Positions 29,302 through 38,168 of a DNA stretch of 64,000 bases are shown here, in pieces. The stretch is from Tepidisphaera sp. GTDB taxonomy: Bacteria > Planctomycetota > Phycisphaerae > Phycisphaerales > UBA1924. The notes under the pieces were generated by a model, which saw only the letters and a list, made by a program, of their open reading frames with translations, was not told the origin of the DNA and searched no databases. The translations under genes and the position numbers were made by a program. The stretch's first letter is position 1. Each line of letters begins with the position of its first letter. The DNA lies in contig CP051526.1 of the NCBI GenBank assembly GCA_050916045.1, positions 3,136,001 to 3,200,000 of the forward strand, read 5' to 3'.

Positions 29302-30372
29302 TTACCGGGCCCGCGAAGGCAGCCGCTCCGCGATCTGCACCGCGTTCAGCGCCGCGCCCTTGCGAAGCTGATCGCCGCACGCAAACAAGCACCACGCGTC
29401 CGTCCGCCCCGAAGCATCCAGCTCCCGCGACGGATCCGGCCGGAACCGACCCACCAAAACATCATCGTTCCCGGCGGCTTTGAGCGGTGTCGGAAACCGA
29501 TTCGAAGCCCGATCATCCATCACGCGGACTCCGGAGAATCCCTCATACGCCGCAACCACCTCCGAATGACTCGCCGGCTTCTCCAGCCGGATCGTGATCG
29601 CTTCGCTATGGGCCCGCATCACCGGAACGCGAACACACGTCGGCGTGACCGCCAAGCCCGGCAGACCGAGAATCTTCCGCGACTCATCGATGATCTTCTG
29701 CTCTTCCCCGTTCAGCCCCGTCACCGGGTCCACCGCGGAGTTGTGCGAAAACACATTCAGGAAGCACGGCTCGGCGAACGGCGAACCCTGCGAACGGCCC
29801 GACCCGCCCGACTCCCGCGTCAAAGCGATCTCCTCCGTCAACGCATCGAGCCCCGCCTGTCCCGCGCCCGACACCGCCTGATACGTCGACACCACGATCG
29901 ACGACAACCCAAACCGCCGACGGACCGGCTCCACCGCCATAAGCAGAATGATCGCCGAACAATTCGGATTCGCGATGATCCGCGGCTTTGCTTCCCCCGC
30001 CGAGATCAAGCCGCCGTTGATCTCCGGCACGATCAGCGGGACGTCCTTCGCAAGGCGAAACGCCGACGAATTGTCCACCACCGTCGCCCCGGCTTCCAAA
30101 GCGTGCGGAGCAAGCGCCCTCGCCACCCCCGAAGACGCCGTGAAGATCGCAACATCAATCCCCGCAAAGGACCCCGCCGTCGCTTCACACACGGCAAGCG
30201 TGCTCCCCCGGTAAGGGATCCCCGTCCCCACCGACCGGGACGATGCGAGCGCGACGATGCTCGAAGCAGGCACGCCGCGATCCGCAAGCACCGCGAGCAC
30301 TTCGCGTCCGACGACGCCCGTCGCACCCACCACCGCAATGCGGCGAGACGAAAGACCGGAAGTGATGGTCAC
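29302..30372 (-). CDS. asd: Aspartate-semialdehyde dehydrogenase
   Basis: VVGATGVVG, VDNSSAFR, ANPNCS, STYQAVSGAG, CVRVPVMRAHSE, DQLRKGAALNAVQIAE. Confidence 0.96.
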   Translation of the reverse strand: MTITSGLSSRRIAVVGATGVVGREVLAVLADRGVPASSIVALASSRSVGTGIPYRGSTLAVCEATAGSFAGIDVAIFTASSGVARALAPHALEAGATVVDNSSAFRLAKDVPLIVPEINGGLISAGEAKPRIIANPNCSAIILLMAVEPVRRRFGLSSIVVSTYQAVSGAGQAGLDALTEEIALTRESGGSGRSQGSPFAEPCFLNVFSHNSAVDPVTGLNGEEQKIIDESRKILGLPGLAVTPTCVRVPVMRAHSEAITIRLEKPASHSEVVAAYEGFSGVRVMDDRASNRFPTPLKAAGNDDVLVGRFRPDPSRELDASGRTDAWCLFACGDQLRKGAALNAVQIAERLPSRAR

Positions 30373-31637
30373 GGGATCGCTCCTTGGGGTGCGAGCGGCT
30401 TGGCCGCGGCTTTCGTCGCCGGGATGCTGACAACCGGCGTCGCGCTCTCGACCGCGCCGGCCCCGCGCCGTGCGGCGGCGATCGACTGCGCAAGATCGGC
30501 GATCAGGTCCGCCGCGTCCTCGATGCCGACGGAGAGACGAACCAGATCAGGAGGCGGCGGATTGCCGGGACGCGGAATGTTCGCGCCCGCGGCTTTCGCG
30601 ATCGGAGCATGGCTCATGTAGCACGGCACCGTCGCCGAGCTCCCGACTCCGCCAAAGCTCACCGCGATCGAGAAGATCTTCAGCCCCTCGACGATCCGCA
30701 CGGAAAGCTCAGGATCCCCCGTCTCAAAGCTCACCACCGCACCAGGCCCCAGCGCCTGCGTCAGATGCAGATCATGCCCCGGATGATTCCGAAGCCCCGG
30801 GAAATGCACCCGGAATGCCGGCGACAATCCATCCTTCGACAACGACGGAGAACAAAGCCACTCCGCGATCCGCTGCGCCGTCTGCTGCTGACGATCAAGG
30901 CGGAGCGAAAGCGTCTTGATCCCGCGCAGCAGGTAATAGCAGTCCTGCGGCCCGAGCACCGCACCCTCCCCGTTCTGGATGAAGTAGAGCTTCTCCGCGA
31001 TCGCCTGCTCCTTCGCGACGACGATCCCGGCCGTCACGTCCGCGTGCCCGCTCAGATACTTGGTCGCCGAGTGAAGCACGATGTCCGCCCCGAGTTCCAG
31101 CGGACGCTGCAGGTACGGCGTCATCGAGGTCCCGTCGACGCAGACCAGCGCCCCGGCGGCGTGCGCCTCGCGGGCGATCCGCCGGATGTCGCTGATCTTC
31201 AAAAGCGGATTGCTCGGAGACTCAAGGTACACGAGCTTCGTCTTGTCCGAAAGCGGCAGCGGCCCCTCGCCCGTGAAGTCCGCGTACCGCACGAGAATGC
31301 CCCGCTCGGTCAGAATCCGCGAGAACAAGCGGAAAGCCCCGCCATACAGATCCTCGCACGCCAGCAGTTCATCGCCGGGCTTGAGGAGCCGCGTCACCGC
31401 GGTAATCGCCGCAAGGCCCGACGCGAAAGCAAACCCGCGGACGCCCCCCTCAAGCTCCGCAAGCAGATCCTCGAGCACGCGCCGCGTGGGGTTGCCGCTT
31501 CGCGCATAGTCATACTCGCCGAACGCAAGAGCGGACTCCTGCTCAAAGGTGGCGGTCTGATAGATCGGCGTGTTGGTCGGCCGGGTCCGGTCGCCCGGAG
31601 CGGCTTCGAAGGAGACAAGTCGAGTGGTGAAATTCAT
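30369..31637 (-). CDS. Cys/Met metabolism PLP enzyme, probable cystathionine beta-lyase (MetC-like)
   Basis: PIYQTATF, YARSGNPTR, ESPSNP, HSATKYLSGH, RLSVGIE; exact specificity not resolvable by eye. Confidence 0.88.
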   Translation of the reverse strand: MNFTTRLVSFEAAPGDRTRPTNTPIYQTATFEQESALAFGEYDYARSGNPTRRVLEDLLAELEGGVRGFAFASGLAAITAVTRLLKPGDELLACEDLYGGAFRLFSRILTERGILVRYADFTGEGPLPLSDKTKLVYLESPSNPLLKISDIRRIAREAHAAGALVCVDGTSMTPYLQRPLELGADIVLHSATKYLSGHADVTAGIVVAKEQAIAEKLYFIQNGEGAVLGPQDCYYLLRGIKTLSLRLDRQQQTAQRIAEWLCSPSLSKDGLSPAFRVHFPGLRNHPGHDLHLTQALGPGAVVSFETGDPELSVRIVEGLKIFSIAVSFGGVGSSATVPCYMSHAPIAKAAGANIPRPGNPPPPDLVRLSVGIEDAADLIADLAQSIAAARRGAGAVESATPVVSIPATKAAAKPLAPQGAIP

Positions 31638-32443
31638 CGGGCCTTCTCCTTGGCGGTCGTGTTGGCGTTGCTTGTGTTGGTCGCGGGCTCGGTGGGGTCC
31701 TTGTCAATCACCGTCTCGCCACCCCAGATCAGCGTGCCGTCGAATCGCCCCGGCGAAGCGACGGTGAACTGCGTCCGGCGGTCGCGCGCGTAGCGGACGG
31801 CTTTGTGCTGCACGATCCCCCCGGTGAGCTTGAGCACATCCTCGTAGTTGGCCCGGAGGTACCGACGGGCGCCCGCGGGGTCCTCCGACGGGTCACGGTC
31901 GTACAACCCGTCAACGTCCTTGAGCAGAACGCACTGATCCGCGTAAAGCTCACCCGCCAGGAACAGCGCGGTTAGGTCCGACCCGCCCCGGCCCAGAAGC
32001 GTCGTCTGCCCGTGCTCATCGCGCCCGAGGAACCCCGGCACCACGATCACCGGACGACGCGCAAGCGTCCGGTGCACCGCCCCGCGATCAAGGCCCGTCG
32101 CTCGCGAGTCAAGCGTCGGACCCTCGGTCGAAAGGCCGATCGCCGCCGCGTCGAGCGTCGCCGCTTTCACCCCCGCTTTCGCAAGCGTGAGGCCCAGCAG
32201 CGCGGCCGTCGTGGCTTCGCCCGTCGCAAGCAGCGCGGCCGTCGCGACCTCGTCCTGCTCAGGCCCGTAGGTCTCCGCGTGAGCGAGCAGACGGTCCGTC
32301 GTGTCCCCCAGCGCGGAAACCACCGCGATCACCCGGTGCCCGCGGTTCAGCCAGTAGCTGATCTCGCGCACCGCGACCGGGAGGTGCTGCTCCGTGGGAA
32401 GCACGGAGGAGCCGAACTTCAAAACCGTGAGCGAATTCACCAC
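31634..32443 (-). CDS. Aspartate kinase, catalytic domain only (no ACT domains)
   Basis: VLKFGSS, VVSALGDTTD, TTLLGRGGSDLTA, KDVDGLY; only 269 aa. Confidence 0.88.
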   Translation of the reverse strand: MVNSLTVLKFGSSVLPTEQHLPVAVREISYWLNRGHRVIAVVSALGDTTDRLLAHAETYGPEQDEVATAALLATGEATTAALLGLTLAKAGVKAATLDAAAIGLSTEGPTLDSRATGLDRGAVHRTLARRPVIVVPGFLGRDEHGQTTLLGRGGSDLTALFLAGELYADQCVLLKDVDGLYDRDPSEDPAGARRYLRANYEDVLKLTGGIVQHKAVRYARDRRTQFTVASPGRFDGTLIWGGETVIDKDPTEPATNTSNANTTAKEKAR

Positions 32444-33651
32444 GCCGCACCCCCCACCGTCGCGCGAGCGGCCGGCTTGGCCGACGCCTTGCCGACATTG
32501 CCCAAAGCCTGCTCGAGATCGGCGATGAGGTCCGCCGGCGATTCGAGGCCCACCGAGAGGCGGATGAGACCGTCCGTGATGCCGATCGCCAGCCGCTCCT
32601 CGCGCGGCACGCTGCCATGCGTCATCGTGACCGGGTGCGTGATCAAGCTCTCGACCGCTCCCAGACTCTCGGCCAAGCTGATGAGCTTGACCGAGTTGAG
32701 CACACGCACGCTCGCGTCCACGCCCCCGTGAACCTCAAACGCGATGATCCCCGCGTGAAGCGTGTGCTGACGCGTGGCCAGTTCGTGCTGCGGGAAGGAC
32801 CTTAGACCCGGGAACCACACCCGCTCGACCGCCGGGTGCTTCTCAAGCCACTCCGCGACAACCTGCGCGCTCTCCGAGTGCTGCTTCAGCCTGCACGGAA
32901 GCGTCTTGATCCCGCGGAGCGTCAGCCACGCATCCTGCGGAGCTTGAATGCTCCCGACCGACTTGCGGATGAACCGGAACCGCTCAAGAAGCGTCTCGTC
33001 GCGGGACGTCAAAGCGCCCCCGACCGTCGCATTGTGCCCCTCGATGTACTTGGTCGTCGAATACACGGAGACATCAGCGCCAAGCTCAAGCGGACGCAGG
33101 CCCACCGGCGTCAGGAACGTGTTGTCCACCGCAAGCGTGATCTTGCTCGGCTTGGTGATCGCCGCGATCGCCGCAATGTCGGTGAGCTTGAGCGTCGGGT
33201 TCCCCGGCGTCTCGATGAGGACAAGCTTCGTGCTCGGCCGGATCGCCTGTCGCACCGCTTCGGGACGGCTGCTGTCCACGAACGAGGACTCGATGCCAAG
33301 CCCAGACAGAACCTCGCGGAGCAACCGGTACGTCCCGCCGTAAATCACATCCGAACAGATCACATGGTCGCCGGACTTGAGCAACGCGAGGAAGAGCGTG
33401 TGGATCGCGGCCAGACCGGTCGAGAAACAGACCGACGCCGGACACCCTTCCAAGCTCCCGAGGTTGGCTTCCAGCGCCGACACCGTCGGGTTGCTGGCGC
33501 GGCTGTACGTGTGCCCCTTGTGCTGCCCGATCGCCTCCTGCACATACGTGGCGGTCTGGTAGATCGGGGTGAGGATCGCGCCGGTGGCGGGGTCGGGTGC
33601 GAGGCCGCCGCGGACGCAGCGCGTGAGGAGGTCGGTCTTCTGGGTCGACAT
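32437..33651 (-). CDS. Cys/Met metabolism PLP enzyme, probable cystathionine gamma-synthase (MetB/MetI-like)
   Basis: TGAILTPIYQTATY, YSRASNPT, ETPGNPT, VDNTF, STTKYIEGH, AESLGAVESL. Confidence 0.9.
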   Translation of the reverse strand: MSTQKTDLLTRCVRGGLAPDPATGAILTPIYQTATYVQEAIGQHKGHTYSRASNPTVSALEANLGSLEGCPASVCFSTGLAAIHTLFLALLKSGDHVICSDVIYGGTYRLLREVLSGLGIESSFVDSSRPEAVRQAIRPSTKLVLIETPGNPTLKLTDIAAIAAITKPSKITLAVDNTFLTPVGLRPLELGADVSVYSTTKYIEGHNATVGGALTSRDETLLERFRFIRKSVGSIQAPQDAWLTLRGIKTLPCRLKQHSESAQVVAEWLEKHPAVERVWFPGLRSFPQHELATRQHTLHAGIIAFEVHGGVDASVRVLNSVKLISLAESLGAVESLITHPVTMTHGSVPREERLAIGITDGLIRLSVGLESPADLIADLEQALGNVGKASAKPAARATVGGAAW

Positions 33652-33816
33652 GGTGTGGGGCCCGAACACGCGAGCGTGCGATCAACGATCGCCGCCGCGG
33701 TTTACCTGTTGAGTTCTGCTGGGAACGATGACGGAAACGACAAGGGCCGCGAGGGAGAGGTGCCCCCGAGGCCGGCGTTCTTGGTCATCTGTGAGGAGGA
33801 AGGCCGCGGAGCCTGC

Positions 33817-33897
33817 TCAAGCCGCACAAACGCACACGCCAGCCCCGGGGGCTCGCATAACCATGTGCATTCGGCGTTTCATCGAACAGATCGTCAC
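33817..33897 (-). CDS. Putative Met/Cys-rich leader peptide (26 aa, MTICSMKRRMHMVMRAPGAGVCVCAA)
   Basis: AGGAG SD 6 nt before the GTG; 4 internal ATG and 3 Cys codons; between promoter and Met operon. Confidence 0.72.
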   Translation of the reverse strand: MTICSMKRRMHMVMRAPGAGVCVCAA

Positions 33898-33916
33898 GCG
33901 GATCTCCTGAGCGAAG

Positions 33917-33945
33917 AAGGTAGAAGGGGCTCCCGCTCTGGTCAA
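33917..33945 (-). promoter_or_regulatory. Putative sigma70 promoter of the Met operon leader
   Basis: Minus strand TTGACC-N17-TACCTT. Confidence 0.7.
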
Positions 33946-33952
33946 GCTCTTC

Positions 33953-33970
33953 TATCCGAAAAACCGGATA
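33953..33970. promoter_or_regulatory. Palindromic candidate operator TATCCG-N6-CGGATA
   Basis: Perfect 6-bp inverted repeat with A-rich centre, 7 bp upstream of the -35 box. Confidence 0.55.
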
Positions 33971-34011
33971 TAGGGCTGAAACGCCCGCCGGCCCGTCGAT
34001 ACCCTTCCCCC

Positions 34012-34569
34012 ATGGGCACCGCGCCGTCATCCCCACCCCCTCGCGTCAAACTCGTCCTTCCCACCGGACGCGACAAAGGCGAGTACCTCCGCGTTCGCGA
34101 GGACTCAGCCCACTGGCTTGAGCCCTGGGAGCCGCTCCTTCCCGGTGGCCGAAGCCCCATCGACGACGAAGCCTTCGACCGCTTCCACAAGTCGTCCGAA
34201 ACCGAGACAAGCCGGCGGTTCCTCGTCAAACTCGCCGGCAAGGACACCCCGATCGTCGGCCAGATCAGCATCAACAACATCATCCGCGGGCCGTTTCTCT
34301 CCGCCACCCTCGGATACTGGATCGCCAAGCCCCACGCCGGCCAGGGGCTGATGTCCGAAGCCCTGCGCCTCGCCGTCACCCACGCCTTCACCGACCTCGC
34401 CCTGCACCGCGTGGAAGCCAACATCATCCCGCGAAACGCAGCCTCCATCGGGCTGGTCAAAAAGCTCGGCTTTCGCCACGAGGGAACGGCCGAACGCTAC
34501 CTGCGGATCGCCGGCGTCTGGGAAGACCATGAGCGTTGGGGGATGACGGTCGAGCGATGGACCGCCTGA
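34012..34569 (+). CDS. GNAT acetyltransferase, RimJ/RimL family
   Basis: WLEPWEP, NIIRGPFLSATLGYW, GQGLMSEAL, LHRVEANIIPRN, YLRIAGVWEDH. Confidence 0.92.
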   Translation: MGTAPSSPPPRVKLVLPTGRDKGEYLRVREDSAHWLEPWEPLLPGGRSPIDDEAFDRFHKSSETETSRRFLVKLAGKDTPIVGQISINNIIRGPFLSATLGYWIAKPHAGQGLMSEALRLAVTHAFTDLALHRVEANIIPRNAASIGLVKKLGFRHEGTAERYLRIAGVWEDHERWGMTVERWTA

Positions 34570-34609
34570 GGCGGGAGGACCCGAAGGGTCACATCGACCG
34601 CCGCTGAAA

Positions 34610-34693
34610 TGCCCAGGAGAGGACTTGAACCTCCATGCCCTTGCGGGCGCTACCACCTCAAGGTAGTGCGTCTGCCAATTTCGCCACCTGGGC
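34610..34693 (-). tRNA. tRNA-Leu (anticodon GAG), CCA not encoded
   Basis: GCCCAGG/CCTGGGC acceptor stem, CTACC-TTGAGGT-GGTAG anticodon arm, long variable arm GCCCGCAAGGGC, GGTTCAAGTCC T-arm. Confidence 0.96.
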
Positions 34694-34855
34694 GGTGGGT
34701 CCCAAACCCGATTGGGTTCAGGGGGAGACAAGGATAGCCGCCTCCCGCCGCAGGTCGAGTCCCCGCCCCAACCACCCCCAACCACCCTCCGCCCGACCCC
34801 ACCCTCCACCGAACACGGGATTGACGCCCGCCGGGCGGTCTGGTAGCGTGGAGCC

Positions 34856-35728
34856 ATGCCCCGGGCTTTCACGCTGGTCGAGCTCCTGGTCGTCATCGCG
34901 ATCATCGCGCTGCTCATCGGGCTGCTTCTGCCGGGGCTCGCCAAAGCCCGCAACGCCGCTCGCCTCACCCGATGCCTGGCCAACCAGAAGCAGCTCGCGA
35001 CAGCTTGGCAGATGTACACCGACGACTTCCGCGTCTATCCCACCTCCGATCCGACGCCCGCGCAGCCGATGTGGTGGATGAAGCTCCGCTGGGGCTGGGG
35101 CGGTGCTCACTGGTACGGCTTCGACGAATCCGGTCAGCCGATCGACATGCCCGAAAGCCCCGCGCTGCCCGCTCTGCAAGCCAAGCGGCCGATCAACCAG
35201 TACGTCGGCTCCGCCGATATCGCCGAAGGCTCCGCTCAGCCCTTCCGATGCCCGAGCGATGGAAGGATCGTGAACTCGCGCTCGGGACGCATCGTCGATT
35301 GGTCCGTCTTCGCGCAGTTCAGCCAGAGCGACCTCCGCTTCGACACCGCGTACGGAGCCCTCGGCACCAGCTACGAAGCCAACACCGACCTCTACAAGCT
35401 GCGCGGGACGGGCGGCGGGCCGGATCCCGAGCAGACCGGCTGGTTCCGCCGCACGTTCGGCCCTCGGCATGTGACCGCTCTGCCCTCGCACGTCGTGCTC
35501 CTCGGGGACATCAGCCACGTCGCGGCGGGCCGCTGGTCGCGCCGCGCCCGGTCCAATGCGGACGTCATCGTCGGCTGGTGGCACGGCAAGGACCGCGGCC
35601 CCTACGCGTTCCACGACGGCTCAGCTCGGATGATCTCCCTCGGCGATGATGTCGAACAGGAAGACCCCTCGCTCCCGCCTCTCCGGGCCGAGCCAGGCTT
35701 CACCTACGAGCGGGACGGGCGAAACTGA
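34856..35728 (+). CDS. Prepilin-type N-terminal cleavage/methylation protein (planctomycete DUF1559/H-X9-DG-like)
   Basis: [40 protein letters not shown]-terminal WH...AFHDGS; TTGACG-N17-TAGCGT promoter upstream. Confidence 0.9.
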   Translation: MPRAFTLVELLVVIAIIALLIGLLLPGLAKARNAARLTRCLANQKQLATAWQMYTDDFRVYPTSDPTPAQPMWWMKLRWGWGGAHWYGFDESGQPIDMPESPALPALQAKRPINQYVGSADIAEGSAQPFRCPSDGRIVNSRSGRIVDWSVFAQFSQSDLRFDTAYGALGTSYEANTDLYKLRGTGGGPDPEQTGWFRRTFGPRHVTALPSHVVLLGDISHVAAGRWSRRARSNADVIVGWWHGKDRGPYAFHDGSARMISLGDDVEQEDPSLPPLRAEPGFTYERDGRN

Positions 35729-35752
35729 GCCGCGCAGCCCGTGAATGCGGCT

Positions 35753-36505
35753 TCAGCACCCGGCTTCGAACGCTCCGACGAAATCGTCGTAGTCGAAGAA
35801 ATCCACAAAGCCATCGCCGTTGAAATCCGCCGTGATCCCCGGCGAGCACGTCCCCTCGAAGCACGCGACAAAGTCGCCGTAGTCGAAGAAGTCCAGAAAG
35901 CCGTCTCCGTTGAAGTCCGCCGGGCACGTCCGCTCACGCATCAGCATGTCGTCGACGTAAAAATCGTTGGGGAACGTCGAGGTGTTGAGGTTGCGAACCG
36001 CGACCTCGACCTCCGTCACGCCGGGCGGAGCCGTCCACGCTCACGGGATCCGCACCCACTCGCGTGTCACGGTCGGCAAACTCACCGGCGTCGCCAGCAA
36101 GACCCCGCCGATCTGCCACTGCAGCACCGCGGGCCCGCCCGCCACCGCCGTGCACCCCGACATCGACAGGTCGTACGTCCGCCCCGGGGTCACGGCGACC
36201 CGCTGCCACCAGACGCGCTGATTCGGCACCGTCGAGCCGTTGATCACCATCATCTGCACGCTTCCCGGCGAAGCGGCCGGCGGGTTCACGAACGCCCTGT
36301 TGAACGTCGAGCCGTTCGACCGCACCGTGTACTGCCCCTCGCAGCAATTGCTCCCGCTCGTAAAGCCGTAGTCGGACCCAAACCCCGTGTTGCCGCTCTC
36401 AAACCCAGGGTTCTCGAACAGGTTCTGAGCTCGGCACTCGGACGCGACGCTCGGGATGAGAGCCGCGATGAGAAGCGGAATCTGGACGGGGCGAACGAAT
36501 GCCAT
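35753..36505 (-). pseudogene. Secreted beta-sandwich protein with GC-type dockerin-like C-terminus, split by an in-frame TGA (36041-36043)
   Basis: AAGGAG SD, signal peptide, NLFENPGFE; same frame continues RIP*AWTAPPGVTEVEV...CPADFNGDG...FEAGC. Confidence 0.7.
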
Positions 36506-36591
36506 GACAGTCTCCTTGCAATTGCGGCCACGAAACCCGCTCAGTTTACAGGCGGGGAGCCCGCCAACCAAGATCATTTCGAACGGTGGCC

Positions 36592-36906
36592 TCAGGAACC
36601 ACTCACATCGATCCGCTCCGCCGTGCACACAAGCCGGAACCGCCCCGACGGACTCGCAAGCCGAAGCTCGCCGCCGCCAAAGAGCGTCACCGGCACCCGG
36701 ACCCCCGCAAGCGGCCCGATCCCCGCCGCTCCGTCATCCTCGGCTTCCCCATCCCACGGATCCCCCGTCGAAGCGCTCCGCGCAACCCGCGAGCCATCGC
36801 TCACGCGGTACACCGCCCGCCCGTTGTGCGTGACCACCAGCAGCAGCTCCTCCGCCGCATCAAACCCCACCGCGAGCAAGCCGCCGACCTTGATCACCGT
36901 TGACAT
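36592..36906 (-). CDS. Hypothetical protein, paralog of 39163-39480
   Basis: Shared motifs GGxxAxGFDAxEE, LVVxHxGR, RVAR, GIGPLxG, SPS. Confidence 0.75.
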   Translation of the reverse strand: MSTVIKVGGLLAVGFDAAEELLLVVTHNGRAVYRVSDGSRVARSASTGDPWDGEAEDDGAAGIGPLAGVRVPVTLFGGGELRLASPSGRFRLVCTAERIDVSGS

Positions 36907-36939
36907 CCGGGAGCGTAGGAATCTGGATGGTCGCGGTGT

Positions 36940-37872
36940 TCAACGTCGTGGACCTCGCACCTCGAGAAGTCGATTCGATATCGGGTGTTCTTCCAGCGGC
37001 TCCGACATAGGAATGATCGGGGATGGAGGGTGCGGGGCGTTTGTGGTGGTTTGGCGCGGTTGCGAGGTCCCGTTGCGTTCCTTACGGCAGGTTTCCGCAG
37101 TCCGGGCCACGGGTGCTGTGATGGGAGCGACCGCTCGCGCGGTCGTCTCTTTGGATGCGGACGGCGTCTGGTTGTCGGCTTTGCGGGCGATTTCGGCGCT
37201 CGTGGCGGGTTGGAGGTCCAACGAAGACCCCTCACCGTCCATCGGGGACGTCTCCCCGTTCAAGGCGACGGGGACAGCGAGGGGGAACTTCGGGGCGACA
37301 CGCCCCGGCTCGCGGTTGGGCGCGGTGGGTGTGATTGGGGCGCTCTTGGGAGGGTGGGGGTCCACCGAAGACCCCTCACCGCCCTTCGGGCACCTCTCCC
37401 CGTTCAGAGCAACGGGGAAAGGGAGGGGGGCGACCGCTTGCGCGGTCGTCTCTTTGGGGGTGGGTGCACTGTCGACGGATTGCAGGGCTGCGGCGAGGTC
37501 CCTCGCACCCCCTCCGGCCTCGCGGACTCGGCCACCTCCCCCGGCGAGGCCGGGGGAGGAATTTCTTGTCATATCTCTGGTGAGTCTGGCGAGGGCGGTG
37601 GCGGCGCGGCGGGATTCGACAAGAGAGTTTGACTCGAACATGGATTTGCTGAGCATCTCGGCTGCGTTCTGCATGTGCATCGAGGCCAGGATGCGGCGGC
37701 GGCGCGTGAGAAGGGCTTCGTGCGCGTCCATCGTGGCAATGACGACTGGGTCGGCGACGAAGTCACGGAGCTGCGCGGGTGAGAGTTTGTGCTTGAAGAG
37801 GACCATTTCAAGGTCCCCGTGTTCCTCGAGCCAGGTGGCGAGAATCTCGTCGTGCGTGGACGGTACGGCCAT
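36940..37872 (-). CDS. Hypothetical protein: helical N-terminus, low-complexity repeat-derived C-terminal half
   Basis: ATG at 37872; repeated PVALNGE...GEGSS and KETTAxAVAP peptides. Confidence 0.55.
   Translation of the reverse strand: MAVPSTHDEILATWLEEHGDLEMVLFKHKLSPAQLRDFVADPVVIATMDAHEALLTRRRRILASMHMQNAAEMLSKSMFESNSLVESRRAATALARLTRDMTRNSSPGLAGGGGRVREAGGGARDLAAALQSVDSAPTPKETTAQAVAPLPFPVALNGERCPKGGEGSSVDPHPPKSAPITPTAPNREPGRVAPKFPLAVPVALNGETSPMDGEGSSLDLQPATSAEIARKADNQTPSASKETTARAVAPITAPVARTAETCRKERNGTSQPRQTTTNAPHPPSPIIPMSEPLEEHPISNRLLEVRGPRR
37217..37418. repeat. Two diverged copies of a ~58-bp REP-like palindromic unit
   Basis: GAAGACCCCTCACCG...CTCCCCGTTCA...ACGGGGA at ~37217-37274 and ~37360-37418. 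Confidence 0.7.
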
Positions 37873-38168
37873 GTGTGCCCCCTTTCCCGCGGAGAGAAGG
37901 CGCGGGGAGGGGATTTTCTTTCGGGAAAGCGGTAGGCAAGAGAGGTTTGGCGCGGTGTGCGCACGGGAGCGCCATCGAAGTCGCTTCGACTTCGATGGTT
38001 GGTGGTGCAGTGGAGGTCCACACATCGAAGCCTCTGATCGCACTTCGATGGCACAGTGCGGATCTAATTGAATGGCACCACTCCGTCGTCAGGCTGGGAG
38101 ATCATCCACCAACCCGCGGAGAAACAGAGCGCCGGTGGCACAGCTTTTGTACCCGCTGCCCATAGTAC

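Noticed and set aside
33652..33990. SAM-I riboswitch or T-box upstream of the Met operon
   Set aside because: The conserved SAM-I segments (AUC.AGAG, GCAACC, GUGC.AA) and a T-box/terminator pair were not found by eye; the leader ORF explains the region better. An Rfam scan is still needed.
36010..36043. Selenocysteine insertion at the TGA
   Set aside because: Only a weak 5-bp CTCCG/CGGAG stem follows, and the context is not a redox motif.
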